32,000 bases of DNA from Halomicrobium mukohataei DSM 12286. Lineage in GTDB: Archaea > Halobacteriota > Halobacteria > Halobacteriales > Haloarculaceae. The DNA lies in NCBI RefSeq assembly GCF_000023965.1, contig NC_013202.1, positions 3,060,001 through 3,092,000 on the forward strand, written 5' to 3'. A program made the translations under genes and the position numbers. Of the stretch, positions 17,496 through 26,098 are shown one piece after another. A model generated the notes under the pieces. That model searched no databases. It had not been told where the DNA came from and worked only from the letters and a program-made list of their open reading frames with translations. Each line of letters starts with the position of its first letter. Within the stretch, counting starts at the first letter, position 1.

Positions 17496-18206
17496 TCAGA
17501 CGACGGCGATACCCGTCGCCAGCAGATTGATCCCGAGGTGTGCGATCGTGCTACTGGCCGTTCCATAGCGGTGTCTGAGGAGGCCGAGGACGACCGCGAT
17601 CACGACCAGCGACACGAAGCGGAACGTCGGTGCGCCGAGGTCGACGACGACGTGTTTCGCCACGAACGCCCCAGCAGTCACGGCAATCCCAAGCGCCGGT
17701 CCGTACGCGTCGACGAGTGCCGTCTGGACGACGCCACGCCAGGCCAACTCCTCTGCGATCGGGACGATCACACCGTTGACCAACAGGAGTGTCGGGACGA
17801 CCCAGACGGCCGTCTCGGCACCGCCTGCAGGCGTCGGCACTGAGGGAACGCCGACGGTGAAGACGTAGACGACCGCGAACGTCAGCAGCAGGGCGAAGTA
17901 GGCCACGACGCCGACGATGCCACCGGCGACGGCACCCGGAGACAGCTCGTAGCGCCAGCGATCGGGCCCGATACCGCTCCAGCGCCCGATCGTTGCTGCC
18001 AGGACAGCGAGAGTCGGAAACGTGATCGCGAGCAGGAGCATATCCGCGCCCTCACCGCTTCCGACCGCATCGGCGAGCAGTGGTGTTCCGCGACGGCGCA
18101 CGAGAAACTCCACTGTGACCCACGTCGCGACGACGACGGCCGCGAGCGCGCGCGGATCCGACAGCATACGCCCGAGTCTCCGGGCAGGAGCATCTGGTTC
18201 AGACAT
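17496..18206 (-). CDS. CPBP family intramembrane glutamic endopeptidase (CAAX/Abi-type)
   Basis: Multi-TM protein with the EELAWRG motif and downstream His motifs (FVAKHVV, IAHLGINL). Confidence 0.8.
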   Translation of the reverse strand: MSEPDAPARRLGRMLSDPRALAAVVVATWVTVEFLVRRRGTPLLADAVGSGEGADMLLLAITFPTLAVLAATIGRWSGIGPDRWRYELSPGAVAGGIVGVVAYFALLLTFAVVYVFTVGVPSVPTPAGGAETAVWVVPTLLLVNGVIVPIAEELAWRGVVQTALVDAYGPALGIAVTAGAFVAKHVVVDLGAPTFRFVSLVVIAVVLGLLRHRYGTASSTIAHLGINLLATGIAVV

Positions 18207-18331
18207 CTCGGTAGTCGTTCGATCGCACTTGGGCTCGCGTGTGGCCGGTCCGATTCACGATCCTCGTCTCGGAGTGTCGAAACAAAGGTGTTTCCTCGAC
18301 AGCGAGTGGTGCTGCCGAGAAGACACCGGAC

Positions 18332-18946
18332 CTACTCGATCGCCCGGATCAGATCGAGGAGTTCGTCGCGGTACTGTTGGCGCGTTCGCGTCAGCACCTC
18401 TGGTGGATCGTCGGTCTCGAGGATTTCGGCCACGGGGCGGGCTGGATACGCGCCGGCACCGATGCGAAAGCCATCGCCGTGCCAGACGCCGACCCAGCCG
18501 GCGATCGGCAGCGTCGCGTCCAGCCCCGACATCGGCAGTTCGGCCCGAAACTGCGTGAGCTTCGCTCGCTCGCCAGACGCGACGCGGACACGCTCCGTAC
18601 GGCCCCGTCCGATCGACTCGAAGCCGCGGTCTCGCAGCTCGGACTTGAAGGTCCTGTTGGCCTCCGAACGGACCGTCGGGAGGATCATCGCGGGGCCGAT
18701 GCCGGGCGACAGCGACGGCGTAAACGTCAGCTTCGTCGCGAAGAAAAACCGCCAGCGCTGGTCGAGGCCGCCGTGCTCGGCGGCCGCCCGACGAGTTCGC
18801 TCGTCACCGTACAGCAGCGTCGCGCCTTCGACACGGGTCCCGGGGAGCTGAAACACCGTCTCGACGGTCGCGTCCGTTCGGGTCCAGCCGCCGTCTTCGA
18901 GTCGCCGCTCGGGGACCGAGGGGTACCGCTCGTCGGAAGGTGACAC
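18332..18946 (-). CDS. hypothetical protein
   Basis: 204 aa ORF with a GTG start, GC-rich third positions and balanced composition. I recognise no motif. Confidence 0.5.
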   Translation of the reverse strand: MSPSDERYPSVPERRLEDGGWTRTDATVETVFQLPGTRVEGATLLYGDERTRRAAAEHGGLDQRWRFFFATKLTFTPSLSPGIGPAMILPTVRSEANRTFKSELRDRGFESIGRGRTERVRVASGERAKLTQFRAELPMSGLDATLPIAGWVGVWHGDGFRIGAGAYPARPVAEILETDDPPEVLTRTRQQYRDELLDLIRAIE

Positions 18947-18991
18947 ACCTCGTACTGGTGGCGGAACTCACCTAACAGTTCCGTCGAACGG

Positions 18992-19315
18992 TCAGTGGTC
19001 GTCTTCGCGCCACTTGTGGTCGCACTCGGTACAGGTGAAAAAGCGCGTCTCGGACTCGTCGGCGGCCCGGATCTGCTTCATCTCCCAGAAGGCCCGGTCG
19101 TTGCCACACTCGGGACAGTGTGCGTCCGTCGTCGGCCCCATGTCTTCGGCCTCGACCTCGGAAGTGTCGACGATCTCGCTCTCTTCCTGGCCCTGCGTGG
19201 TCACCATCGAACTTTCGTCCGCCGCGTCGCGGGCCCGCTCGGCACCGCAGCTGCCACAGACCCAGACGCCGTCTTCGGCTTTCATCATCGAACCGCAGTC
19301 GTCACAGAACTCCAT
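18992..19315 (-). CDS. tfs: transcription factor S (TFIIS/RpoM-like)
   Basis: N-terminal zinc ribbon MEFCDDCGSMM...VCGSCG and C-terminal zinc ribbon CPECGNDRAFWEMKQIRAADESETRFFTCTECDHKW with the acidic hairpin. The ATG at 19313-19315 was preferred over the track start. Confidence 0.9.
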   Translation of the reverse strand: MEFCDDCGSMMKAEDGVWVCGSCGAERARDAADESSMVTTQGQEESEIVDTSEVEAEDMGPTTDAHCPECGNDRAFWEMKQIRAADESETRFFTCTECDHKWREDDH

Positions 19316-19370
19316 GGTTGACTGGGATTGCAATCGAAGTGGTTTAAGCTCGGGGGTTCATCGCTCGGCG

Positions 19371-19682
19371 GTGTTCAGATAAGCAGCAGCACTGACTGAC
19401 ATATAGACACCGAAAGCCCTCGTGCAGTTGCGGTCCCGCGGCTCGCTGCGCGCGCTCCGCGTGCTTGCTTCGCCGGGGTTCCCGCAACTGCACTCGCCCT
19501 TTCATCCGCCAGGGTTCAGACGGTGAACCAGCCGATTCCTGGTGGATGAAAGGGCGAGGTGCGGTCGACGGTTCTGCGGCGGCACTATCGAACGCAGTGA
19601 AGATATCCGCCACAGAACCGCCGAGCGTGCCGAGGGCTTTCGGTGCCTCGACGATGCTACTCTCGATCTCTTATCTGAACAC
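19371..19682. repeat. nested-palindrome structured element, copy 2 (312 bp, inverted relative to copy 1)
   Basis: It has the same terminal 13-mers (19371-19383 and 19670-19682). The 18-mer stem is 19405-19422 with 19631-19648 (17 of 18 paired). Hairpins lie at 19493-19513/19538-19558 and 19569-19582/19607-19620. The internal order and loop sequences equal the reverse complement of copy 1. Confidence 0.8.
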
Positions 19683-19692
19683 TACCCATCGC

Positions 19693-20709
19693 TCAGCGTT
19701 CCAGCCAGCTCGAACAGGCGTCGAGGTCGTCCATGGTTCGCTCGTGGAGCTGGCAGTACGGCCTCGACTCGCCGTCTTCCATCACGTACTCGAAGTGTCG
19801 ACAGTTCCCACAGTACGCTTCGAGGGAGTCTTCGTTCTCGTCACCGTCGCTCGTCGAATCGAGGACGTCGTTGCTGAAGGCTGCGCCACCGGTCACCGTT
19901 CCGTCGCCTTCGATCACTTCGCCGCCGTCGGCGCTGGGTTCAGTCTGTAGTCCTCTGGAGTAGCCCGTGGCGGTGTCCGCGATGGGATCGAAGGACTCCG
20001 TCTGGGTGGCATCGGCCGACCGTCGATCGGCGGCCGGCGACCCGCCGTCGTCGGCCGCGTCGCTGTCGTCGCGTGTTGCGCCCGTGACGGTCGCGCCGTC
20101 GTGACCGGTCGACGCGGTCTCGCGGTTCGTCTGGGTCTCGACCTCGCCGTCGAGGTCCGTCCCGAAGAGGCCGACACCGCCAAAGCGGCCGAGCGAGCGG
20201 GCCTCTTCGACGAGCTGGATCGTCCCCTGGCGGGTGATCTCCATGCGGGCCGTCCCGCCGGGATCGTTGCGGGTCTTGAACGTCGCCAGTGCGACGAACA
20301 GACACCAGAAGATCGTGACGACGCCGAAGAAGTAGACGGCCGTCGTCGCCAGCGTCAGCAGCGGCGCGGCGGTGACCCAGTCGTAGGGATAGACGTGCTG
20401 GAACATGGCGACACCGATCGCCGTGATTCCCGTCCCGACGATTGCAGCCCCACGGACCGACCGCGACGCCGGGAGGACGGCGAAGACGCCGAGCAACACG
20501 GCCGGTAAGCCGAGTCCCGCGAGGACCCCCGCAAGCTCTCGGGCAGGATACCGCCCCAGCGACTGGACACCCACGTTCGTCGTCGCCAGCGCGATGGCAC
20601 CCACGACCATCGACCCACCGACGAGAAAGAGCGCGCTGCCGAGGAGCTGTTGTCGCCGGCTGGCCACCCGGCCGACGTTGCCCTCGTACACGTCTGTGAG
20701 ACTCGTCAT
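19693..20709 (-). CDS. membrane protein with acidic linker and C-terminal Cys-rich (zinc-ribbon-like) domain
   Basis: About 4 N-terminal TM helices, then a long D/E/T/G-rich low-complexity stretch, then YCGNCRHFEYVMEDGESRPYCQLHERTMDDLDACSSW at the C-terminus. Confidence 0.6.
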   Translation of the reverse strand: MTSLTDVYEGNVGRVASRRQQLLGSALFLVGGSMVVGAIALATTNVGVQSLGRYPARELAGVLAGLGLPAVLLGVFAVLPASRSVRGAAIVGTGITAIGVAMFQHVYPYDWVTAAPLLTLATTAVYFFGVVTIFWCLFVALATFKTRNDPGGTARMEITRQGTIQLVEEARSLGRFGGVGLFGTDLDGEVETQTNRETASTGHDGATVTGATRDDSDAADDGGSPAADRRSADATQTESFDPIADTATGYSRGLQTEPSADGGEVIEGDGTVTGGAAFSNDVLDSTSDGDENEDSLEAYCGNCRHFEYVMEDGESRPYCQLHERTMDDLDACSSWLER

Positions 20710-20903
20710 GGCACGTCATAGGGCCGCTCCCCTCAAAACTACCCGTCAGACGGGTGGCATACGAGGCGGGAGCGACCGCCTCGGAACACGCGAGCGGGAG
20801 AGCGAAACGACACGCGAGCAGCGGGACGGTCCTCGGTAGCGATCGCGTCGAACGACGCCAGCGTTCCGAAAACCCTAATCACGGCCGCTCGGAACGTGGG
20901 CGT

Positions 20904-21188
20904 ATGAGCGACGACGAGGAAACCGACGACGGGCCGGCAGTCGAACTCGGCGAGGGCGATTCGGTCGCCGGTGCGCCGCTGGCACGCGTGAGCTCCCGAC
21001 TCACCTGGGGTATCGAGCACAGCACGATCGTCGAACGCGAGGGCGACAGCGACATCCGTACGCCCGACGGTCCACAGCCACTCGCCGACCTGATGGCCGA
21101 CGTGGACGTGCCGTACTTCGAGCACCGGCGCGAGTTCGAGTCGGCCGTCCGTGGAGTGCTCGGCGACGGCCCGGTTGCGACCGAATAA
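20904..21188 (+). CDS. small acidic hypothetical protein (94 aa)
   Basis: Internal ATG at 20904 (MSDDEETDDGPAVELGEGD...). Acidic with GC-rich third positions. The upstream part of the track ORF is Arg/Ser-rich and unlikely to be coding. Confidence 0.5.
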   Translation: MSDDEETDDGPAVELGEGDSVAGAPLARVSSRLTWGIEHSTIVEREGDSDIRTPDGPQPLADLMADVDVPYFEHRREFESAVRGVLGDGPVATE

Positions 21189-21308
21189 CACAGCGGACTG
21201 TTCTGTCGCAGTCGGCGTTCGCGGAGTCCGCGCTGTCGGCCACGCCGTCGGTTCGGTCGGGGCGTCTCCGAGCACACGACGCCAGTGTGGTCCGTGTCGC
21301 CCTCGCGG

Positions 21309-21587
21309 TTACCCGTGAGAACCGTCGTCGGTCCGATCTCGACGGTCGTCGGCGGCGTCGCTGTCGGCGCTGGACTGCTGTTTTCTGAGCTCGTCGACTT
21401 CGCGTTCGAGTTCGGCGATGCGCTCGTCCGTGCCGTCGTCCGAGGACCGGCGGAAATAGCGGATCGCCAGTCCCGCAGCCACAACGACTGGCGCGGTCAA
21501 CAGGACGAATATCAGAAGGACGATAATCAGTTCTTGCGTACCTGGGAGACCGAGCTGGAGGGCAATCACGTCCGGCACATCTGTCAC
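21309..21587 (-). CDS. small single-TM protein with coiled-coil tail (paralog 2)
   Basis: The segment LQLGLPGTQELIIVLLIFVLL contains the TM helix. It is followed by RIAELEREVDELRKQQ and an acidic tail. GTG start lies 14 nt after the upstream stop. Confidence 0.5.
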   Translation of the reverse strand: MTDVPDVIALQLGLPGTQELIIVLLIFVLLTAPVVVAAGLAIRYFRRSSDDGTDERIAELEREVDELRKQQSSADSDAADDRRDRTDDGSHG

Positions 21588-21601
21588 GCCAGAACAAGAA
21601 C

Positions 21602-21805
21602 TTACTGGTCGTCGAGTCGATCCACCCGGCGCTGTAGCTCCTCGACCTGCTGTTCCAGTCGGTCGAGGCGTTGCTGGTCTGGCGAGCGGTTCTGCCGGAC
21701 GAGCAAGACGCCGCCGACGAGCGCGAGCGACACCACGAGAAAGAGCAATAAGAGCGCGCCGACGAAGAGCAGTTCGACGCCGACCGGGAGCTGTAGCGGT
21801 TCCAT
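21602..21805 (-). CDS. small single-TM protein with coiled-coil tail (paralog 1)
   Basis: ATG at 21803-21805 (MEPLQLPVGVELLFVGALLLLFLVV...), followed by RLDRLEQQVEELQRRVDRLDDQ. Same architecture as the next gene. Confidence 0.5.
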   Translation of the reverse strand: MEPLQLPVGVELLFVGALLLLFLVVSLALVGGVLLVRQNRSPDQQRLDRLEQQVEELQRRVDRLDDQ

Positions 21806-21846
21806 ACCGGCGTCTGGACGGCGAGGCGTATAAGCGCTGTCGGCGA

Positions 21847-23130
21847 TCAAAAGTCGGCCAGCGTCGACTGGAGTCCCGCGACCATGTCGGATTTGCGCCG
21901 GAGCGTCCCCAGCGACACCGGGAGCTGTTCGGTGACGGCGGTCACGGCGTCGCGGAAGCTCTCGGCGACGGCGGGCTGATCGTGATACCGGTGGTTCGCG
22001 TCGCCAGCACCCTCATCGAAGGCGTTTCGGACACCTTCGCGGACCTGCCAGACGCCGACGGGGGCCCAGTAGTCGTCGGTGACCTCTCGGAGGACGAGAC
22101 ACTTCGCCTGGCGGTCTCGCTCCTGGAGGTGTTCGAGCACGCCCAGCCGCGAGGCGTAGTACGCGCCGGCAGTCTCCTCGACGTAGCCGGTGCGGCCCTC
22201 GTAGCCCTCGTTAGCGCTGGCGAGGTAGTGAGTCTGGCCGGTCGGGTTCCAGACGCTCTCGGGGGCCTTCATCTCGACGAGTTCGAACTCCCACTGGCCA
22301 AGGGTCATGAGGACCCAGTAGCGGTTGCCCATGTACTCGTTGTACCAGACCTCGGTCTGGTCGATGGTGTTGCGGTTCTGGATCGTGCCCCGGAGATACT
22401 GCCCGACCGTGTCGTCGACGGCGGTGATCGACCACCGCGTCGGGACGAGTGTGCGCTGACGGCGCTGGCCCAGCGCACCCGCCGAGAGGATCGTGTTGAC
22501 CTCGTACACGTCGAAGCCACGGCGGTAGAGGTAGTTCATCGCGCCCTCTGCCTGCCAGTCGTCGTCCTCGAGGGTCTTCTCGACGGCGCGGGGGACGTGT
22601 GGGTTCTCCGCGAGGTCGGCGGTCGTCGCGTTGGCACGCGGCCCCGTGGGCGTGCCCACGTCGTCGAAGCGAACGTCCAGGTCCGGCGTGCCGTCGAGTC
22701 CGACCTCCACGTCGACGGGATGGTCGGCGATCGCGACCTCGCGCTGCGTGCCGACGAAGCCGTCCCACACGTCCGACACGTCGACGTTCGCCGAGCGCGT
22801 GCTGTTGAGCATCCCGGTCCGTCGCTGGAGCACGTCGTCGATCCCCAGCCCGTCCCGGTACCACTGGCCGCTGGTGGCGAACTGCTCGGCGTCGGCGTCG
22901 GACGCCATCGGCGAGAGCACGCCCGTCGACACGTCGGGATAGCCCGACCGGCCGACGAAGATCTCCGGCGCGGTCGAACCAAAGAGCGCGTCGCCCTGGA
23001 CGGTCTCCTCGAACTGCCGTTCGACGTCCTCGAGGTGGTTCGTGATCTCGTAGGACTTCTCTTCGGCGAGGCGACGCCGCTCGGCGGCCTCGTCGCGATC
23101 GAACCCCTCGATGAACTCGTCGAGACGCAT
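21847..23130 (-). CDS. nreA: Nre-family DNA repair protein
   Basis: 427 aa with the conserved N-terminal block FGSTAPEIFVGRSGYPDVSTGVLSP and a C-terminal PCNA-interacting-peptide-like motif QSTLADF at the very end. Confidence 0.75.
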   Translation of the reverse strand: MRLDEFIEGFDRDEAAERRRLAEEKSYEITNHLEDVERQFEETVQGDALFGSTAPEIFVGRSGYPDVSTGVLSPMASDADAEQFATSGQWYRDGLGIDDVLQRRTGMLNSTRSANVDVSDVWDGFVGTQREVAIADHPVDVEVGLDGTPDLDVRFDDVGTPTGPRANATTADLAENPHVPRAVEKTLEDDDWQAEGAMNYLYRRGFDVYEVNTILSAGALGQRRQRTLVPTRWSITAVDDTVGQYLRGTIQNRNTIDQTEVWYNEYMGNRYWVLMTLGQWEFELVEMKAPESVWNPTGQTHYLASANEGYEGRTGYVEETAGAYYASRLGVLEHLQERDRQAKCLVLREVTDDYWAPVGVWQVREGVRNAFDEGAGDANHRYHDQPAVAESFRDAVTAVTEQLPVSLGTLRRKSDMVAGLQSTLADF

Positions 23131-23196
23131 CGAGAGAGCGTTGGACGCTCGGCGATAAAACAGTGACTCTCGTGGCGGGCACGCCGACCGACGACT

Positions 23197-23568
23197 TCAC
23201 GCGTACTGATCGTAGAAGTAGAGCCCGACCGCGACGAGCAGCGCGAACGAGCCGACGGTGTCGATCGAGCGCATCTGCGGGACGAGCTCGAACCCAGCGA
23301 GACCCTGATAGGCGATCGACAGCCCGGCGATGCCGAGTGTCGCCACCAGCGCGACCGCGACGGGCTCCGTCTCGCGGGCGCGACTGATCCGCCGAGTGCC
23401 GACGCCACAGGCCAGTAACACGAGCACGCCGATGAGGAGGTCCGAGAGCGGCCCGGCGTAGGGATTCGTCGTCGAGAGTTCCGTGACGAACAGCGCCACG
23501 TACACCAGCAGCGCACCGACGACGATCTGTCGCTGGCGCTGTGAGCGGATCGCGAAGATGTCTGTCAT
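23197..23568 (-). CDS. small multi-TM membrane protein (123 aa)
   Basis: Internal ATG at 23566-23568 (MTDIFAIRSQRQRQIVVGALLVYVALF...). About 4 hydrophobic helices. The longer track ORF upstream is Arg/Thr-rich and implausible. Confidence 0.5.
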   Translation of the reverse strand: MTDIFAIRSQRQRQIVVGALLVYVALFVTELSTTNPYAGPLSDLLIGVLVLLACGVGTRRISRARETEPVAVALVATLGIAGLSIAYQGLAGFELVPQMRSIDTVGSFALLVAVGLYFYDQYA

Positions 23569-23716
23569 CGTCGGGCAATGGACAGGGGGAAAGATAACAG
23601 TGACGAGCACGAGGCGGTGCCAGCCGGCGACGTTCCGGACACCGGCGTCTCGCTGGTCGACGGCCCGACGGGACCGCCGTCGCGCTCGATCGGGACAGAA
23701 CGTAACGTATACCAGA

Positions 23717-24376
23717 GTGGCACCGACAGTGGCGTCTGTGCCCTCCAACACAGACAGCGACGGTCCGCGAGACGTAGCCGCCGTCGTGCGTCGATACCGA
23801 CGGCTCGAACGACCGATCAGCGCCGGCATCGCCGTCCTCGTCGGACTCGTCGCGGCCGTCGCGATCATCACGCTCCCGCTGGTGGTCGGCCTCGCGGTCG
23901 CCCTCGCCGTGTTCGTCGCCGTCCGCGTCCCCATCTTCGAGACCGGCGGGACGACGACGCTGTCGACCCAGCAGCGTCCCGACGAGGTGCGTGCGGCCTT
24001 CGAGAGTGCCAGCCCGCCGCCGCTGGTCTTCCAGTGGGGACTGGCCGACGAGGTCGAACAGACAGACGGAGGCTGGTCCTACGAGATCTCGTATCTCCTG
24101 GGACTGCGGTCGGTCCGACTGCACGTCGAGACCCACTCCGGCGACGACGCCGACCTCGAACTGGTGGTCACCGTCGGCGACCAGTCGTGGGGGACCTACC
24201 GCGTCGACATCGAGGCCCGCGACGACGAGACGATCGTCGTGATCGACACGACCTCGGATCGCAGATTCGGCCTCCGACGGCTGCCACAGTGGTTCGTGGG
24301 CCAGCGATACCGGGTGGCGGCGCTGTCCGCACAGGGCTACACCGTCGTCGAGCAGGACGCGCGACTGACGCTCTAG
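23717..24376 (+). CDS. hypothetical membrane-anchored protein
   Basis: Start provisionally placed at GTG 23717 (VAPTVASVPSN...). The segment ISAGIAVLVGLVAAVAIITLPLVVGLAVALAVFVAV forms a TM hairpin, followed by a soluble acidic domain. The start is uncertain. Confidence 0.45.
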   Translation: MAPTVASVPSNTDSDGPRDVAAVVRRYRRLERPISAGIAVLVGLVAAVAIITLPLVVGLAVALAVFVAVRVPIFETGGTTTLSTQQRPDEVRAAFESASPPPLVFQWGLADEVEQTDGGWSYEISYLLGLRSVRLHVETHSGDDADLELVVTVGDQSWGTYRVDIEARDDETIVVIDTTSDRRFGLRRLPQWFVGQRYRVAALSAQGYTVVEQDARLTL

Positions 24377-24627
24377 CGCCGCTCGACGACCCGGTCGATC
24401 GTCAGCCGGTCGTAGCCCAGCCCCTCGTGGACCGCGAGCTCCAAGGCGTTGACGAGATAGTGGGCGACGACGACCACGAGCAGGCTGTCGGTGAGGACGA
24501 ACCCGGCCGCCAGCGCCAGACCGAGCCCGCCGGTGACGAGCATCCCGACTCGCCCCTGCGCGCCGTGAGCGGCACCGAAGACGACCGACGAGGCTGCGTG
24601 CAGCCACGGCGAGAGAGAGAAGCCAGC
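24373..24627 (-). pseudogene. orphan 3' fragment of a CPBP/abi gene (duplicate of 26226-26480)
   Basis: Minus-strand translation is ...AGFSLSPWLHAASSVVFGAAHGAQGRVGMLVTGGLGLALAAGFVLTDSLLVVVVAHYLVNALELAVHEGLGYDRLTIDRVVERR*. Nucleotides 24395-24592 match 26241-26438 with 5 mismatches in 198 nt by hand alignment. There is no N-terminal part and no start codon. Confidence 0.75.
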
Positions 24628-24980
24628 GGTCAGCGCGCTAGGCGAGACCGTGACCGTCGAGAGTGTTGGCGACCATACGGGCGGCGAGGTCAGCCAGCTT
24701 TACGTGAAAGACCCCGTCAGATCGAAGGTCACGCCGTCCCACAAGATCTGTGGGGAAGAGTGCGTGCGTTTCGACGACAGTGAGTCGACGACCGTCAAGT
24801 TCGACCACACACCCACGATCGGGCAACCATCATGTGACCGGACGGCGAGAAGCACGTCGAGGCCGACAGCTTCGAACCGATCGTCGGCGAGGACACTGTC
24901 CGGCTCGAAGTCGCAGACAGAGTTATTTATAATCGATTATAGACGCTGTCTTTTTCTTCAAACACCGGAAATATATTCAC

Positions 24981-25808
24981 TCACAACACAGCCTCTGCCT
25001 CTTCTTGGTCTTCCGGATACGACCATGAATCCGCACCTGTATCAATATTCACCCCGAGCGGAGGATATGTAAGAACAACACTTTCTAAGAAATTAAGACC
25101 AGCATTCCCAAATACGCTCCAGGTGTGTTCGTATGTTCCTGCGATTCTGCCCGGTACCCTATCCGGGAAGTTTTGTTTGTTCAGAGTGAATTGGAGGCTT
25201 CCAACAATTTTCTCCGGATGCTGGAAGCTCAAATCATTATCACTTACTTTTATTCCAACTGCTGAGGCACCATCACTGCCGATAGGGTTGTCGTCAGGTT
25301 CTTCGGTTTTAATGTCTTCAACTTCTCCAGATGTGCTGTACCCCTGGCAACTATGTTCGATAGAATCACTACCATCTAATCCAAATTGGCTGTCCTCCCA
25401 TCCAATAACTACTCCATCTTTGGGTGGTGCTCCGTCAATGTCTACTTTTTCTTGGAAAAACAAGCTCCAGCTTAGCATAACATCAATCTTTTTGCCGAGA
25501 TCATTTGCCATAAATTGGCAATTTGATTCGCTTGAGTCATAATGGCTGAAAAAGTCTTGAGTTTGGACCGAATCTGATTTTTCACCCGGCGAGAATTCGC
25601 CAGTTAGATCATTTGCTTTGAGTTTAAAGCCCGCATGCTCAGCGAGAGCATACGCTTCCTCAAAGTTTTGGTTAGCAACCGCCGTCTGGATTTGACTCCG
25701 AATATGCTTTTTATGTCTCCCACGACTCCCTTGTCCCGAGACAGTTGCGCTAATGAATGGTACTGATAGGGCGGTACCTGCGGTCTTTAGAATCGATCTT
25801 CGATCCAT
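24981..25808 (-). CDS. Tat-signal secreted protein of unknown function, low-GC island 2
   Basis: The ATG at 25806-25808 gives MDRRSILKTAGTALSVPFISATVSGQG, a twin-arginine signal. The mature part is acidic and Ser/Asp/Gly-rich with a few Cys. It uses AT-rich codons. Confidence 0.6.
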   Translation of the reverse strand: MDRRSILKTAGTALSVPFISATVSGQGSRGRHKKHIRSQIQTAVANQNFEEAYALAEHAGFKLKANDLTGEFSPGEKSDSVQTQDFFSHYDSSESNCQFMANDLGKKIDVMLSWSLFFQEKVDIDGAPPKDGVVIGWEDSQFGLDGSDSIEHSCQGYSTSGEVEDIKTEEPDDNPIGSDGASAVGIKVSDNDLSFQHPEKIVGSLQFTLNKQNFPDRVPGRIAGTYEHTWSVFGNAGLNFLESVVLTYPPLGVNIDTGADSWSYPEDQEEAEAVL

Positions 25809-25915
25809 ATTGCAGATTGACATTCGTATAGACATGTATTAAATGTATGTAATTAGGATATAAACTCCTATAGTATATCACAAAATACTTATATGTGTTG
25901 ATAATTATTTTAGGT

Positions 25916-26098
25916 ATGGATGAAATCAAAGGATACCTATCAATTATAACAATTCTCCTCGGAATTCAGACACTCAACGCGGTTTCTGATAACACGAGCA
26001 GTCTTTTTACTGAAGTTGGAGCAGCCCTCTCCATCTTAGTGATACTTCTTGTCCCAATTTTCCTCCTCGGAAAAGCAGTCCACTCGAAATTGCGATAA
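25916..26098 (+). CDS. small two-TM protein (60 aa), low-GC island 2
   Basis: MDEIKGYLSIITILLGIQTL...ALSILVILLVPIFLLGKAV. It is divergent from the secreted-protein gene across a 107 nt AT-rich spacer. Confidence 0.4.
   Translation: MDEIKGYLSIITILLGIQTLNAVSDNTSSLFTEVGAALSILVILLVPIFLLGKAVHSKLR

Noticed and set aside
21602-21850. Longer version of the first small TM protein, starting at the TTG that overlaps the nreA stop
   Set aside because: The extra 15 residues (MIADSAYTPRRPDAG) rely on a TTG start. The ATG at 21803-21805 gives an N-terminus that parallels its paralog. I kept the shorter model.
22211-24607. 798 aa minus-strand ORF, the longest in the track
   Set aside because: It is extremely Arg/Pro/Gly/Ala-rich with no recognisable motif. 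It overlaps nreA and three other better-supported genes in other frames. This is a typical stop-codon-poor artefact of GC-rich DNA. Its N-terminal similarity to ORF 25966-27030 merely reflects the abi 3' duplication read in a wrong frame.
24638-24826. 62 aa minus-strand ORF between the abi fragment and the AT-rich core
   Set aside because: It has a TTG start immediately after an in-frame stop. Its third-position GC is weaker than that of the overlapping plus-strand frame, and no motif is visible. The plus-strand remnant reading seems more likely, and neither is confident.
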